This document shows, one piece after another, positions 22,924-34,834 of a stretch of 64,000 nt of DNA (the stretch's first letter is position 1; each line of letters begins with the position of its first letter). The notes beneath the pieces are model-generated. The model saw nothing but the letters and a program-made list of their open reading frames with translations, made no database searches and had not been told where the DNA came from. Source of the stretch: an uncultured Chloroflexia bacterium. GTDB lineage: Bacteria > Chloroflexota > Dehalococcoidia > DSTF01 > JALHUB01. The stretch is from the NCBI GenBank assembly GCA_963726245.1, contig CAVSBT010000030.1:64001-128000 (forward strand), in the 5' to 3' direction. The translations under genes and the position numbers were made by a program.

Positions 22924-23883
22924 CTAGCGGCGCAAGCCTACAGGGAGTATGCGCGACTCATCGTAATCGAAAAGCGTCTGAAGACCATCGCCCAGGCTAT
23001 GGCGAGGCTGGAATCCGAGCACTACTCGGAGCTTCTCGATGTCAGCGCAGGACCGGTACGGATCACCGGGCCGCCGCTTGCCGAAGGAACAGCCAAAGGG
23101 AGAACCTGCGATGTCGCTCAAAGTCTGAGCGATCTGAAGGATCGAGGTCTCGACTCCAGTTCCCACATTGATGCATTGCCCGCGGGCCTCTTTCGCGGTT
23201 AAGGCCAGAAGATTCGCCTGAGCCACGTCTCGAACATACACGAAGTCCCGGGTCTGGCGGCCGTCTCCGAAGATCACGGGTTGCGCTCCGCGCCTGAAGG
23301 AATGCAGGAAGATGGAGATTACCCCGGAATAGGGGCTGCTGGGATCCTGTCGGGGCCCATAGACGTTAAAGTAGCGCAGAGAGACTGTCTCAAGCTGATA
23401 GAGGTCGTTGTAAGTCTGAGCGTACGCTTCGACGGCCAGCTTCTGTGCAGCGTAGGGTGAGGCGACGCGGGCAAGTATGGTCTCGCTGGTGGGCACCTCT
23501 GGCGCCGGGCCGTACACCGCTGCGGAACTCGCCAAGACAACGCGCTTGGCTCCCGTCTGGCGTGCCGCCTCCAAGACATTCAGCGCGCCCGTCAGGTTCA
23601 CTTCATGGGATTTGAGCGGAAGGCGAACTGAATCCAGAACCGATGCGACAGCGGCCAGGTGGAGGACTCCGTCGTAGCACCCACTCTGCATCAGCGACAT
23701 CAACAGGTCGCGATTGCGAATGTCCCCCTCCACGATGTGAATCCAGCGCTTCACCGAACGCAGGTTCTCAAGCCGTCCCGTAGCCAGATTGTCGAGCACA
23801 GAGACATCGTGCCCCTGTTCCAACAGGACCTCGACGCTGTGGGAACCTATGAAGCCTGCGCCACCGGTCACTAGCAACTTCAT
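22924..23883 (-). CDS. NAD-dependent UDP-sugar 4-epimerase (PelX/Uge3-like)
   Basis: VTGGAGFIGSH, SSAAVYG, YAAQK, LRYFNVYGPRQDPSSPYSGVI. Confidence 0.9.
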   Translation of the reverse strand: MKLLVTGGAGFIGSHSVEVLLEQGHDVSVLDNLATGRLENLRSVKRWIHIVEGDIRNRDLLMSLMQSGCYDGVLHLAAVASVLDSVRLPLKSHEVNLTGALNVLEAARQTGAKRVVLASSAAVYGPAPEVPTSETILARVASPYAAQKLAVEAYAQTYNDLYQLETVSLRYFNVYGPRQDPSSPYSGVISIFLHSFRRGAQPVIFGDGRQTRDFVYVRDVAQANLLALTAKEARGQCINVGTGVETSILQIAQTLSDIAGSPFGCSFGKRRPGDPYRSCADIEKLRVVLGFQPRHSLGDGLQTLFDYDESRILPVGLRR

Positions 23884-23979
23884 TGCTCTTCCCCACGAGG
23901 CCGAAAGGATACCCTTCCCTCGCACCGATATCGACTGGACCGATACTTCGCCACTGGCTGCCGTCTGCCCCCTATCCTC

Positions 23980-25700
23980 TCAGAATGACGCGTAACAGTA
24001 GTAAGCAGCGTCACGCAGAATGTGCCGCACGGCCAGCGAACTGGCTACGACGAGCGTGCCGCCTCCACAAACCAAACCTAGCACGGCGAACTCATAGCCG
24101 ATGGCAACTGACAGGGCGCCGCCAGACACGAGGGCCACGGCCAGCGACGCCACGAGCCCCCTGACGGCCAACGATGGCTGGGACATGGCGACACAGAATC
24201 CACAGTTCAAGGCCCCGACAGCCAGCAAGCCATATCCCACCAGGCCCATCCTGAGAATGGACAAGTGGGTGGAATCGGTTGTCAGCTCCAGGTAGCGGTG
24301 GGACGTGAGCACGTCCAGGCCCACCAAGCCGAAATACACGCCGCCGCTAGCCGCCAGCAGGACCGCGATCAGCAGCATGTGGTGGCGCACCAGTTGGCGG
24401 CCGACCCGACGGCCCAGGGAACTGGCCTCGTACACCAACAGCGACCGCTGAAGAACCTTGATGCCTCGGAAATGCTGTCGGAGCGCGTGATCGGCCACTC
24501 CGCCAACCAAGATGTAGGGCACAATAGCGGCGGCCAGGAACATCCCCAACGCTGCCACCGCACCAGGCCGGTCGACGTTTGCCGGAAGGGAGCCAACCCA
24601 CCCGGTGAGCAGGCTGGAGAAGGCCAGAACCATGAAGAGAAGCCCGTACAGGAAGTAGTGCCGGAGTGAGAAGCTCAACCACCCTATCGCGGGAAGACGA
24701 AGTATCGAAGGGCGGCTTCCGGCCAACCGCACCTGCCGGCGGAATTCTAGCTCCGCCAACAGGATGGTGGTGGCGATGGCAGAGCCGAATCCCGTGACCG
24801 CCGATACCCGCAGGGCGACGTCCGCCGGGACCCCAAGCGCCGCAAGGAACCTCAAGCCCCCATAACCCACGACGGCTCCCACCCCGAGGCAGAGGAGGGT
24901 GTAGTGGCGCACTTCTAGGAGCGCCAATGCCGACAGCGCGAGCCAAAGCAGCGACAAGGAGAAGTAGATGCCCAGCGTGTCCAGCAACGAGAGCCAGGAG
25001 AGCCCAGCAAACCCTATGACTACGGGCGGAAGGACGAGAGCAACCCCCACCACCGCTAGCATGCAGAGGGCGCCCAGCCGGTAGCCGAGAGCGCGGGCCG
25101 CGGCATACTGGCCCTGGCTGACGAAGCTCCACCCTCTGCGCGAGAACGCCTGAACAAAGCCCGAGGTCGCCAACAGACTGAGCATGATGGCTATGCTAAG
25201 AGCAAAGACGCCCTTCGCCGAGGTCTCAGTCCCCTTGGCCAGGGCAGTTAGTACGAGGCCCCACATCAAGAGAGGAACGAAAGCTATCGGCCCCTGAATG
25301 TAGTCCTGAATCGCGTCTCGCAGGGCGCTCGTCAATCTGCGAGGTGTCCCGCCTCGACTGTCAGGCGCCGCCCCGTCAGCCCTTGTGGCGCAGTTCGCCA
25401 GGGCGGGCAGAGTTCTTTCCGCCAGCTCGAAGACATCGCGGCAGCCGTGATTCTGGGCGGCAGCACGGTCGTTTATGCCCTTAGACTCGAGGATGGCTGC
25501 GACCTCCAGGGCATAGACCGGCGTGAGAAGTCGCTCTTTGGCCAGCAGAGGGAGACTAGGCCGGACCGGCTGTCGTGGCGGCGGGTCCTTCGTCCCGGCC
25601 TCCGCCGCACCATTTCCATTGTTTCCCGGATTGCCAGCCCCCCCTCCGTTGCGTGGAGTCTTCACGAGCGCCACAGGCGGCGGTCGCCGGTCAAAGGCCA
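23980..25700 (-). CDS. Multi-pass membrane protein accompanying PelF (PelG-like exporter/polymerase partner); start uncertain
   Basis: LEVAAILESKGINDR..DVFELAE N-terminal motif followed by many hydrophobic segments; lies between the GT4 and epimerase genes. Confidence 0.65.
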
Positions 25701-25899
25701 ATCGATCCGAACCGACGAGGATCGCTTCCTCCCGGCCCTGTGTCTCAATCCGTTCCCGTTTGACAGCCCAGCTCATCCAGAGGTGCCGCTCGCCGTTCCT
25801 CCCATCGCTTCCGTCGCCGTTTCTCCCATCGCTTCGCTCGCCGTTCCGTTGGGCTTCTGCCTCGGCCCCGACTGTCAGCGGGCTTGACCAGTGGCCGCC

Positions 25900-27491
25900 A
25901 GACTCGAGGACCCTCTCCACCTCCTCGGCATACCACTTCAATCTCAGTCGCACGTAGCACTGCAGGTAGCTCGAGGCAAAGCCCTTGGCCGAGAACTCGC
26001 AGGAGCGCGCGATGTCGGGCCCGCTTGCCGAGGAGGCGCCTTCGCTCTGGGTCGCGGAGCAGGTCGAGGCACGCGGTAGCCAGGGCTTGTGGGTTACCGG
26101 GCTCGACGACGGCGCCACAAGCGCCTATGGCCTCGGCCACTCCCCCCACATCGGTACCCACGACCGGCTTGCCGCACATCATTGCCTCGATAACGGTGTA
26201 GGGAAACCCCTCGGACCGGCTGGAAAGCACGACGAGGTCACCTGCCCCGTAGGCCTCGGCGAGATTCTCCGCACGTCCGCGGAAGATGATGGCATCTTTC
26301 AGGCCCAAGTGATCCGACAGGGCAGAGACCTCTCTCCAGTACCCCTCGTTGCCCGCGGGCACAACACCATACATAAGCAAGCGCACAGACGGGTCGGACC
26401 GGCGGACCTCGGCCAGTGCCTGGAACAGAGTTGTAAGGTCTTTCAGGGGGTCAACACGGCCCACCCAGACCAGCGTGGGCGTCCGCGCTTCGGAAGGGAG
26501 CGGCTTGAACTTGTCCGGATCGACCCCGTTGTAAATCGTGCGCAGCTTCTGAGGTTCGGCACCCAGGGTCCGCTCCCAGCGCTGATTGAAGTCGCAGACC
26601 GGCGCAATCTCATCCGCGCATCGATAGCTAATCCTCGTTATTAGAATGTCCAAGCCGAGCCAGAAGCTCTTTAGGAAGGGCGATGGCGACACCTCCCGAA
26701 GGGCAAGGCATCGCTCTCTGATGTAGACCCCGTGCTCGGTCAGAAGCATAGGCACGCCATACACCAGCTTCGCCACAACGCAGAGCACGGCGCTGATCCC
26801 TGTCACGGTGCCATGCACGACGTGAGCCGGCGGAATATCAATCGTCAAGACGGCAAGCAGACGGTACAGGAGGCGCACGGCTTCACTTACCTCGTCGAGG
26901 TTAGGCGCCTCGAGTCCGCGGCGGGACGTACCGACGGCGAGCGCTGCCTTGGCCGCCTGCCAAGTCACTGAATGCCTCAAGGTGGTGGAGTAGTCGTAAC
27001 GGCGGAAATACCCGTGCAATGCCACCACCGCATCGAGGACGCAGGCCAAGTCGTCCGAGGGGCTCAAGAATCTCCTGAAGGAGAGTCTGAAATCGAGGCA
27101 AGAAGTGCCGGCGAATGACCGCCTCGCTCGTCTCGCGCTTTCGAGCAGCCAGCCGCCACACGCTGAGAGCACGATCCAGCTCCGACGGCTCATCGATGCC
27201 CCAGAGCGGTACAGTGATCACTCGTTCCACATTGGATGGGAGCCCGTATGCCTCCTTCACATAAGGGTTCGCGGTGACAGCCAGGAGCGTGAATCTGCTT
27301 TCAGGCAGACCTCTCAGTAGGAGGTCACACCAATTGGACACGCCGCCCGTCTCGTAGGGATACGTGCCCTCCGTGACCAACAGGACGCTGAGGGGCTTCG
27401 AGGAGGTCGCTTCGGAGCCGCAGGCGCACGTCGCCTTAGGAGCCACCTTGTGGGAGCCTGTCAGCCGAGGCCCATCGTCGCGCGACGGCAT
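25900..27491 (-). CDS. pelF: PelF-like GT4 glycosyltransferase (DUF3492 plus GT1 domain); frameshifted, 3' end uncertain
   Basis: VTEGTYPYETGGVSNWC, LLTEHGVYIRER, VGRVDPLKD, SRSEGFPYTVIEAM. Confidence 0.88.
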
Positions 27492-27891
27492 TAGCGTGCC
27501 CCTCCGCAGTCCAGGCCCACCTGAGCCAGCCCTACAGCACGTCTTGCATTGTGATGGCCCCCTCAGGCGGGCCGGCATCCCACGGCCGATTGGGTGGCGG
27601 GCTGGGGCTACAATCACAGCCCCGCCCTGCCTTTATGCCGACATCCATCTTCTCGCTGTCGTAGGTCACTCCGTCCGGGCCAGGCCTACCGCCATCACAA
27701 TCGTAGGTCCCCACGTAGAACAGCGCGGCGGTAGCGTCGCACGTGCTGACCACTTGGTCCCTGGGGCCATCGGGCATCGGGCGGGGGTTGGCGGGCACCG
27801 GCCCATGGGCCACTGCTGTCGGCGTTTGCCTGCGCCCGGCTATCTGGGCGCCAGTATCACCTTACCTGGCAACGCCCCCTAAGTTGGCGAA

Positions 27892-30800
27892 TCACGACCT
27901 GCACCTCCTCCCAAGTTGGCGAATCACGACCTGCAGGTCCGCCGTGTTCACTTGGCCGTCATGGTTCACGTCGTAGCGTGGATCGTGACTTCGGGACAGT
28001 ATCGCCCCATATTCGGCGAGAACATCCGCAATATTCACCCGTCCATCACCGGTCACGTCGCCGCAGAAGGCGGTGGCCGTGGGCGTCCGTGTGGGCGTCC
28101 GTGTTCGCGTCGGTGTTCGCGTCGCCGTGGGCGTCCGTGTTCGCGTCGGTGTTCGCGTCGCCGTGGGCGTCCGTGTTCGCGTCGGTGTTCGCGCCGGTGT
28201 TCGCGTCGCCGTGGGCGTCGAACTTGGCGTGGCGGTCGCCGTGGCTGTCGGGATAGCCGTCGGCGTCTGCGTCGGCGTCTGCGTGGCCGTGGGCGTCTCT
28301 GTGGGCTTCGGCGTCGAGTCCGGGTCCGGCGTGGGCGTCTCCGTGGCCGTCGGCGTGGCTGTCGGCGTCTCCGTCGGCGTCGGCGTGTCAGTCGGCGTCT
28401 CCGTGGCCGTGGGCGTGTCAGTCGGCGTCTCTGTGGCCGTCGGCGTGTCGGTCGGCGCTTCCGTCGGCGTGTCCGTCGGCGTATCGGTCGGCGTCTCCGT
28501 GGCCGTCGGGGTGTCTGTTGGCGTCTCCGTGGCCGTGGGCGTGTCAGTTGGCGTCTCGGTGGCCGTCGGCGTCTCCGTCGGCGTGTCGCGTCGGCCGTCG
28601 GCGTATCGGTTGGCGTCTCCGTGGCCGTCGGGGTGTCTGTCGGCGTCTCGGTGGCCGTCGGCGTCTCTGTCGGCGTCTCCGTGGCCGTGGCGTGTCAGTT
28701 GGCGTCTCCGTGGCCGTCGGCGTATCGGTTGGCGTCTCGGTGGCCGTCGGCGTCTCCGTCGGCGTCTCCGTGGCCGTGGGCGTGTCAGTTGGCGTCTCTG
28801 TGGGCGTCGGCGTATCGGTCGGCGTCTCGGTGGCCGTCGGTGTCTCCGTCGGCGTCTCGGTTGGCGTCTCGGTGGCCGTGGGTGTCTCCGTTGGCGTCTC
28901 CGTGGCCGTCGGCGTCTCTGTCGGCGTCTCCGTGGCCGTCGGCGTGTCGGTCGGCGTCTCCGTGGCCGTCGGGCGTGTCAGTTGGCGTCTCTGTGGCCGT
29001 CGGCGTCTCGGTTGGCGTCTCGGTGGCCGTCGGCGTCTCCGTCGGCGTCTCCGTGGCCGTCGGCGTGCTCTGTCGGCGTCTCCGTGGCCGTCGGCGTGTC
29101 CGTCGGCGTCTCGCGTGGCCGTGGGCGTGTCAGTTGGCGTCTCTGTGGCCGTCGGCGTATCGGTTGGCGTCTCGGTGGCCGTCGGCGTCTCCGTCGGCGT
29201 CTCGGTCGGCGTCTCCGTGGCCGTCGGCGTGTCAGTTGGCGTCTCTGTCGCCGTCGGCGTCTCGGTCGGCGTCTCGGTGGCCGTCGGCGTCTCCGTCGGC
29301 GTCTCCGTGGCCGTCGGCGTGTCCGTCGGCGTCTCGGTGGCCGTCGGCGTGTCTGTCGGCGTCTCTGTGGCCGTCGGCGTCTCGGTCGGCGTCTCGGTGG
29401 CCGTCGGCGTCTCCGTCGGCGTCTCGGTCGGCGTCTCCGTGGCCGTGGGTGTCTCCGTCGGCGTCTCCGTGGCCGTCGGCGTATCGTTGGCGTCTCCGTG
29501 GCCGTCGGCGTATCGGTTGGCGTCTCGGTGGCCGTCGGCGTCTCCGTCGGCGTCGTGCGTCGTCGGTGTCGGTCGTGTCGGCGTCTCTCGTCGGCGTCTC
29601 GGTGGCCGTCGGCGTGTCTGTTGGCGTCTCCGTGGCCGTCGGCGTCTCGGTCGGCGTCTCTGTGGCCGTCGGCGTCGTCTGTCGGCGTCTCCGTGGCCGT
29701 CGGCGTCTCCGTCGGCGTCTCCGTGGCCGTCGGCGTGTCCGTCGGCGTCTCCGTGGCCGTCGGCGTCTCCGTCGGCGTCTCTGTCGGCGTCTCCGTGGGC
29801 GTCCGTGGCGTCTCCGTCGCCGTCGGCGTCTCCGTCGGCGTCTCCGTGCCGTCGGCGTCTCCGTCGGCGTCTCCGTGGCCGTCGGCGTGTCCGTCGGCGT
29901 CTCCGTCGGCGTCTCCGTCGGCGTCTCGTGCCGGTGTCTCAGTCGGCGTCTCCGTGGCCGTCGGCGTGTCTGTCGGGGTCTCCGTCTCCGTCGGCGTGTC
30001 AGTTGGCGTCCCCGTCGGCGTATCGGTGGCCGTGGGCGTGGCCGTCGGCGTATCGGTTGGCGTCTCCGTCGGCGTGGCCGTGGCCGTAGGCGTAGGCGCG
30101 TTGGTAGCCGTGGTGGTCGGCGTGGCCGTAGGCGTAGGCGTGTTGGTAGCTTGGCCGTCGGCGTGGCCGTGGCCGTAGGCGTGTTGGTAGCCGTGGCCGT
30201 AGGCGTAGGCGTGTTGGTAGCTATGGCCGTCGGCGTGGCCGTGGCCGTAGGCGTGTTGGTAGCCGTGGCCGTCGGCGTGGCCGTGGCCGTAGGCGTCACC
30301 GTGCTGGTAGCGGTCGGCGTCGACGTCGAGCCCGGTAAGGGCGTCGCGGTCGGTTCCCATGACGGCAGCTGGATTGTCCTGGTGCCGCCCGCGCTGAAGT
30401 TGAGGTAAGAGATCTCCTGACCGGCATACTCCTCGACCTGGTCACCGTTAGGCATGCCGGTGACGGGAATGCGGCATGCGTGCGCGGTAGTCACTGTCAA
30501 CGTGCCGCCGCTGGGGGAGCCGTTCGGACCCGGCACGAAAGAGGCGGTGATCCCGCAGGCATTGTAGCTCATGCGGTCTAGCATGAGCACGCCTATGTCG
30601 TGCTGTGCCAAGCCGATGACCGGGACATCAAGGAGGGCATTGTATTTCGCCAGGGTTTCGTCCAGCAGATCGGTGAGCAGCGAGTGCGTACCGTCGTAGG
30701 CCCGAATGTCCGTCTGGTGGAACATCAATGGGTAGGTCCCGTACCTCAGCATGTACTGGAGGATCGTGTCACTCTCGTAATCCATGATCTCCGCATAGGT

Positions 30801-32381
30801 GAGGTTGTGGTCCCACCAGGGGTACTGCCCGTTGGGCCCATACAAGTAGTTGTATTCGGACACCAGCTGGGCGGGGGTGCCGGTGTTGTAGAAGATGTCG
30901 GTCGGATAGCGCGGGATCTCCAGGATGCCCGGCACCAGCGTATTGGGGTGGCCTGTGTTGGGGGGTGGCAGCGTCCCGATGACCGAAGTGTCGGATACGA
31001 CAGACCGGATTCCAAAATCGTACGCCGCCTGCATGGCGTTCCGGTTGCCGAACCCGGAGACGTCCGGCGTCACCAGGGCGTCCTTCGCGTAGTGGGAGAA
31101 CGGGAATCCAGTTGCGAAGGTGTCGTTCTGCTGTAATTGGTTTGTGGTCTGGTTGTAGTTGGTATTATCGAGGTTCTCATGGTCATAGGTGTGGTTGACC
31201 CAACTGAAATTGGTCTGAAGAGCGTGTGCGCGGGTCGTAAGCGTATCGGAGCCCCCGCCCGTGCTGCCTGACCCGTTGAACGCGAATTCAACAGCCACCT
31301 GCGACAGGTCGGGAGCGCTAGCGCGTTTCGCCGTGAGCCAGGCGTAGAGCGCGTCCAGATCGGCTCCCGATATGCGGTAGGTGCCATCCTCCCAGACGTC
31401 GTCGTCGATGAAGAGGTCATCCACCTGAGGGGACAGATAGACGTGGCGCTGGCCCAGGAAGAAGCCCTTCGCCAGCCAGTTGAAGACGCCGTAGTCCAGG
31501 GCGAGGGTATGATCTAGCCAGATGGCATTGTCCATTGTGAGGGCCAGGTTCTCCCGCCCGTCGGAGTATGAGTGGACGGCGGCTACGGTGTATACGGTGC
31601 CTCCGACCTGGGTCACGAGGAGCGGCGTGGTGCCACTATTTGGGGTCGCCAGGTAGGTCCAGGCGCCGCAAATGGGCAAGGGGCTGCTGCTCAGAGACGA
31701 GAAAACCGAGTCGCCGGCGGAGGTTAGCGTAGTCTGGAGACAGGTCGCGGTCGTATCGACGCCGCCTATCGGAAAGCTGAGGCCGTAGTCAGGGCTGACG
31801 GAATACGTGTAGTAGGTGGCTTGGCGTATGCGGAACAGGGATTCGTATTGCCACAGGGTCTCCCACTCGGTGGTATTGAAGGCGCCGCCCAAGTCCCCAG
31901 TCGCCAGTATGATCCCCTGGTAGTAGCCATGCTGGTTCCCATCCGACAGCAGGCCCGGCGCCAGAGTGGTCGTGCTCGCGATCAGCACATTGTACGGCAG
32001 CCCGATGTAGTCGAGAGACGTGGTTATCGCCTCGAGGCGCGGGTCGTTGGCCTGGGCTGAGATAACCAAGAACTTGAGGTCGATGGGGTCATCTGTGGGA
32101 GCACTCGCGCTAACGCTCTCAATCGCGTCAGCCACAGGTCTGGTGCCCTGTCCGCTTGCCACGCCCGCCACGCTATTAGCGGGCTGACTCACATACTCGA
32201 ACGGCCTCACGACGCCAAGGCCCGGACCCAGGGTCGGGCCCACCGGCGGAGCCGCGTGCTGCCACTGTGGTTGCCCATCGGCGGGGGCAGGAGAGCCCGC
32301 GTTGCTGGGCAACTGCGAGAGCTGGGAGGCTCCGAAGGCGAGAATGGCGATCAGGACGGAGAACCGGACGATCCTACTCAT
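27892..32381 (-). CDS. Secreted Agd3/CE18-like polysaccharide deacetylase with very long Pro/Thr/Glu stalk and C-terminal dockerin-like domain
   Basis: Signal peptide; [45 protein letters not shown] match Agd3-type motifs as recalled; C-terminus [40 protein letters not shown] read manually, TGA at 27892. Confidence 0.75.
28070..30340. repeat. ~2.2 kb low-complexity tandem repeat encoding ([11 protein letters not shown])n on the minus strand
   Basis: Recurrent GTCGGCGTCTCCGTGGCC-type 12/30-bp units. Confidence 0.95.
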
Positions 32382-32543
32382 GGCTGCCTGGCCTCGAAGT
32401 CAGTCACGCCGTGCCCAACTTCGACCGGACACGTCCGGCCCCGCCTGTGTTGGGGATTCGGGATGCTGGAGCACACCGGCCCAAAGCAATCACCATCCAC
32501 TTCTCGCTGCGGGTGTGGGCCTCTGTCCCTGATGTGTGGCATT

Positions 32544-32948
32544 TCAGTCGTCCAGTATTCCCTGCATTAGGCCGTCGAGATCGAGATGTCGCAGCCACCG
32601 CCAACGGTCGAACAATATCCCGGAGCCGGCCAGCGTGATCGCCAGGACGCGGATTCGGGGATCACCCTCAGTTGCGCGGAGAAGGAAAGAGAGGGTCCCC
32701 CGGTCCAAACTGATTCGCGCCTCCGTCTCGACGACCAACACAACCTTGTCGGCACTGAAGTCATCAATGAGTCGTAGGCCATTCTCTCCACTGCGTGTGC
32801 TCTCAACGCTAGCAATGCCCGGGTGCCTCACCATCAATCCAGTGACGATGTCACGGAACAGGCGATGTTTGTACAACACCACGACGCCCGTTCGGCGCCC
32901 CCGGCGGTCGCGCGTCCCTGCCCCCATCTCCAGTTGGCCGACCTGCAT
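32544..32948 (-). CDS. Small hypothetical protein, possibly a degenerate receiver-like domain
   Basis: VVVLYKHRLFRDIVTGLM..ADKVVLV pattern resembles NarL receiver N-termini without the acidic residues. Confidence 0.4.
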   Translation of the reverse strand: MQVGQLEMGAGTRDRRGRRTGVVVLYKHRLFRDIVTGLMVRHPGIASVESTRSGENGLRLIDDFSADKVVLVVETEARISLDRGTLSFLLRATEGDPRIRVLAITLAGSGILFDRWRWLRHLDLDGLMQGILDD

Positions 32949-33161
32949 CGCGTCCCTCGGGGACGAGTGTACCCAAGGTCAGCGTCCGGACGCATCGCCT
33001 GACCCGTCAGAGAAGAAAAACCACATCGCCATTCTTGGAGTGGCCATGTGGTTGCAGCGCAGTGGATTGATGGGTCGGGACAGTCGCCAGATGACCCAGT
33101 CCCTAGGACAGCGGCGTGCCGAGTGGACTATTCCAATGGGCCTACCTGCGGCGGGTCGGCC

Positions 33162-33865
33162 TCACCCCCCAGAGGGAGGAACTACCCCATGCCGATAGGC
33201 CACAGTCGCGGCCTGCACTCTATTCGAAGTGTTCAGCTTGCGCATGATGGAGCGGAGATGGGCTCGAATCGTTCCTTGTGAAAGATAGAGCTTATCCGCA
33301 ATGGCCCTGTTGGTTTGTCCTAGTGCCACATGCTCGAGGATCTGACGCTCACGCTCTGTGAGCGAGGCCAGAGCAGGGCTGAAGCCGGGATCGGGGTCTA
33401 CGCCAGAGGTCAGATTCGAAATGAGCCGCTTGATGATACGTCTAGAGATGAAGGTCTCGTTCCTTGCCACCTCCAACACACCATTGACGAGCTCTGCTGC
33501 ATCGGCCGTTCGGTCAAGCAATCCCCGGATACCTGACCGGAGCGCGCTCACTATCACTTGCTCTGGGGCATCAACGGATAGGATTACAAGCTTTGGCTCG
33601 TCGACCGCCGTCCTCAAGAGACTTAGGAGCTCGATGCCAATCGAATCGTCAAGCCACGCATCCGCCAGGATAACGTCAGGCTGGGATCGGTGTGCCTTCT
33701 CCACGGCCTCGTCGTAGCTGGCGGCTTGCTCCACGACGCCAATTCGCTCATGTTCACGCAGAATGGCAAGAATGCCCTCACGCAAGAGTGCGTGGTCGTC
33801 GACCACGAGAACTCCAATGCGCTTTTCGCCGTCAGGCGTTACTTGAGATTCCTTCCGCAACAACA
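33162..33865 (-). CDS. NarL/LuxR-family response regulator; start approximate
   Basis: VLVVDDHALLREG, LTERERQILEHVALGQTNRAIADKLYLSQGTIRAH. Confidence 0.92.
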
Positions 33866-33984
33866 AGCTCCCTGAAGACGATCGTCGAACACGACGTCTT
33901 TTGCCTTGTCGTGCGAACCTGCGACGTGGATCTCTGGAAGAAGTTCTCGGGATCCGTCGTGTCGCAGCCCGCCACGCCAATCCA

Positions 33985-34138
33985 CTCCGACGAGAGCTCG
34001 CTGCTTGAGAAGGAAGGACTGCGGGTGCCCGCCACCAGCAACCGAGACGCTCTTGTAAGGTCTATTAACATAATACGGCCGTTCTGTCAACTCGTCTGTT
34101 GGGTCGCAGGTAGAGTGTCCTAGTTACGTCGCAGCTAG
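33985..34138. repeat. Non-coding ~155 bp element, copy 1 (copy 2 at 45447-45602)
   Basis: Shared blocks CTCCGACGAGAGCT..GAAGGACTGCGGGTGCCCGCCACCAGCAACC..TCGCAGGTAGAGTGTCCTAGTTACGTCGCAGCTAG. Confidence 0.92.
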
Positions 34139-34720
34139 GGTACTCTGAGCCCGCCGGCAAGTTTGTACCTGGGTGCCTGCGGGCATGACCGTCTGTTGCC
34201 CCGAACGGGAGCACGCGAGGCAGTATCTGAGAGCAAGGGCACCCTCCCGGCCGTCACACTGCAGAGAGAGAGGTGAGGGTTATGGAGGTCGTGCACGAGC
34301 GCTGCTGTGGGCTCGACGTGCACAAGAAGACGGTGGTGGCCTGCCTGCTCACGCAGGGGCCGGGCGCGAGGTCCATCTGGGAGGTCCGCACCTTCGGCAC
34401 CACCCAGGAGTTGCTGGCGCTCAGGGACCGGTTAGGCGCGGCCGGATGTAGCCACGTGGCAATGGAGAGCACTGGCTCGTATTGGAAGCCCGTGTACAAC
34501 ATCCTCGAGGGCGCCTTCGACCTGTTGGTGGTGAACGCCCAGCACCTGAAGGCCGTGCCTGGGCGCAAAACGGACGTGGGCGACGCCGAGTGGATTCCCC
34601 GATCTGCTGCGCCATGGCCTGCTCCGTCCCAGCTTCATCCCCTCCCGGCCGGAGCGCGAACTGCGTGAGTTCAGCCGCTACCGCACCGCCCTGATCCGGG
34701 AACGAACTGCTGATATCAAC
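34139..34720 (+). mobile_element. IS110-family element remnant: 5' non-coding end plus truncated DEDD transposase
   Basis: CGLDVHKKTVVAC, VAMESTGSYWKPVY, GRKTDVGDAEWI, RELSRYRTAL then loss of similarity. Confidence 0.88.
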
Positions 34721-34834
34721 TCAGTGGCCACGACAAGTGCGATCCCGGCAGGTCCTCGCGCTGGTCGTGCCTGGTAGCGACATGCGCCAGTCGAATTGAC
34801 TATTATGGTAATATGTGGCGGAGGTTTGCAGAAA

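Noticed and set aside
27532-27813. 93-aa ORF upstream of pelF
   Set aside because: Could be real but has no recognisable domain; not enough support
27916-30408. Long plus-strand ORFs (VGVSVAV, RRRR) and possible CRISPR-like periodicity
   Set aside because: Antisense shadows of the PT repeat; no unique spacers and no cas genes
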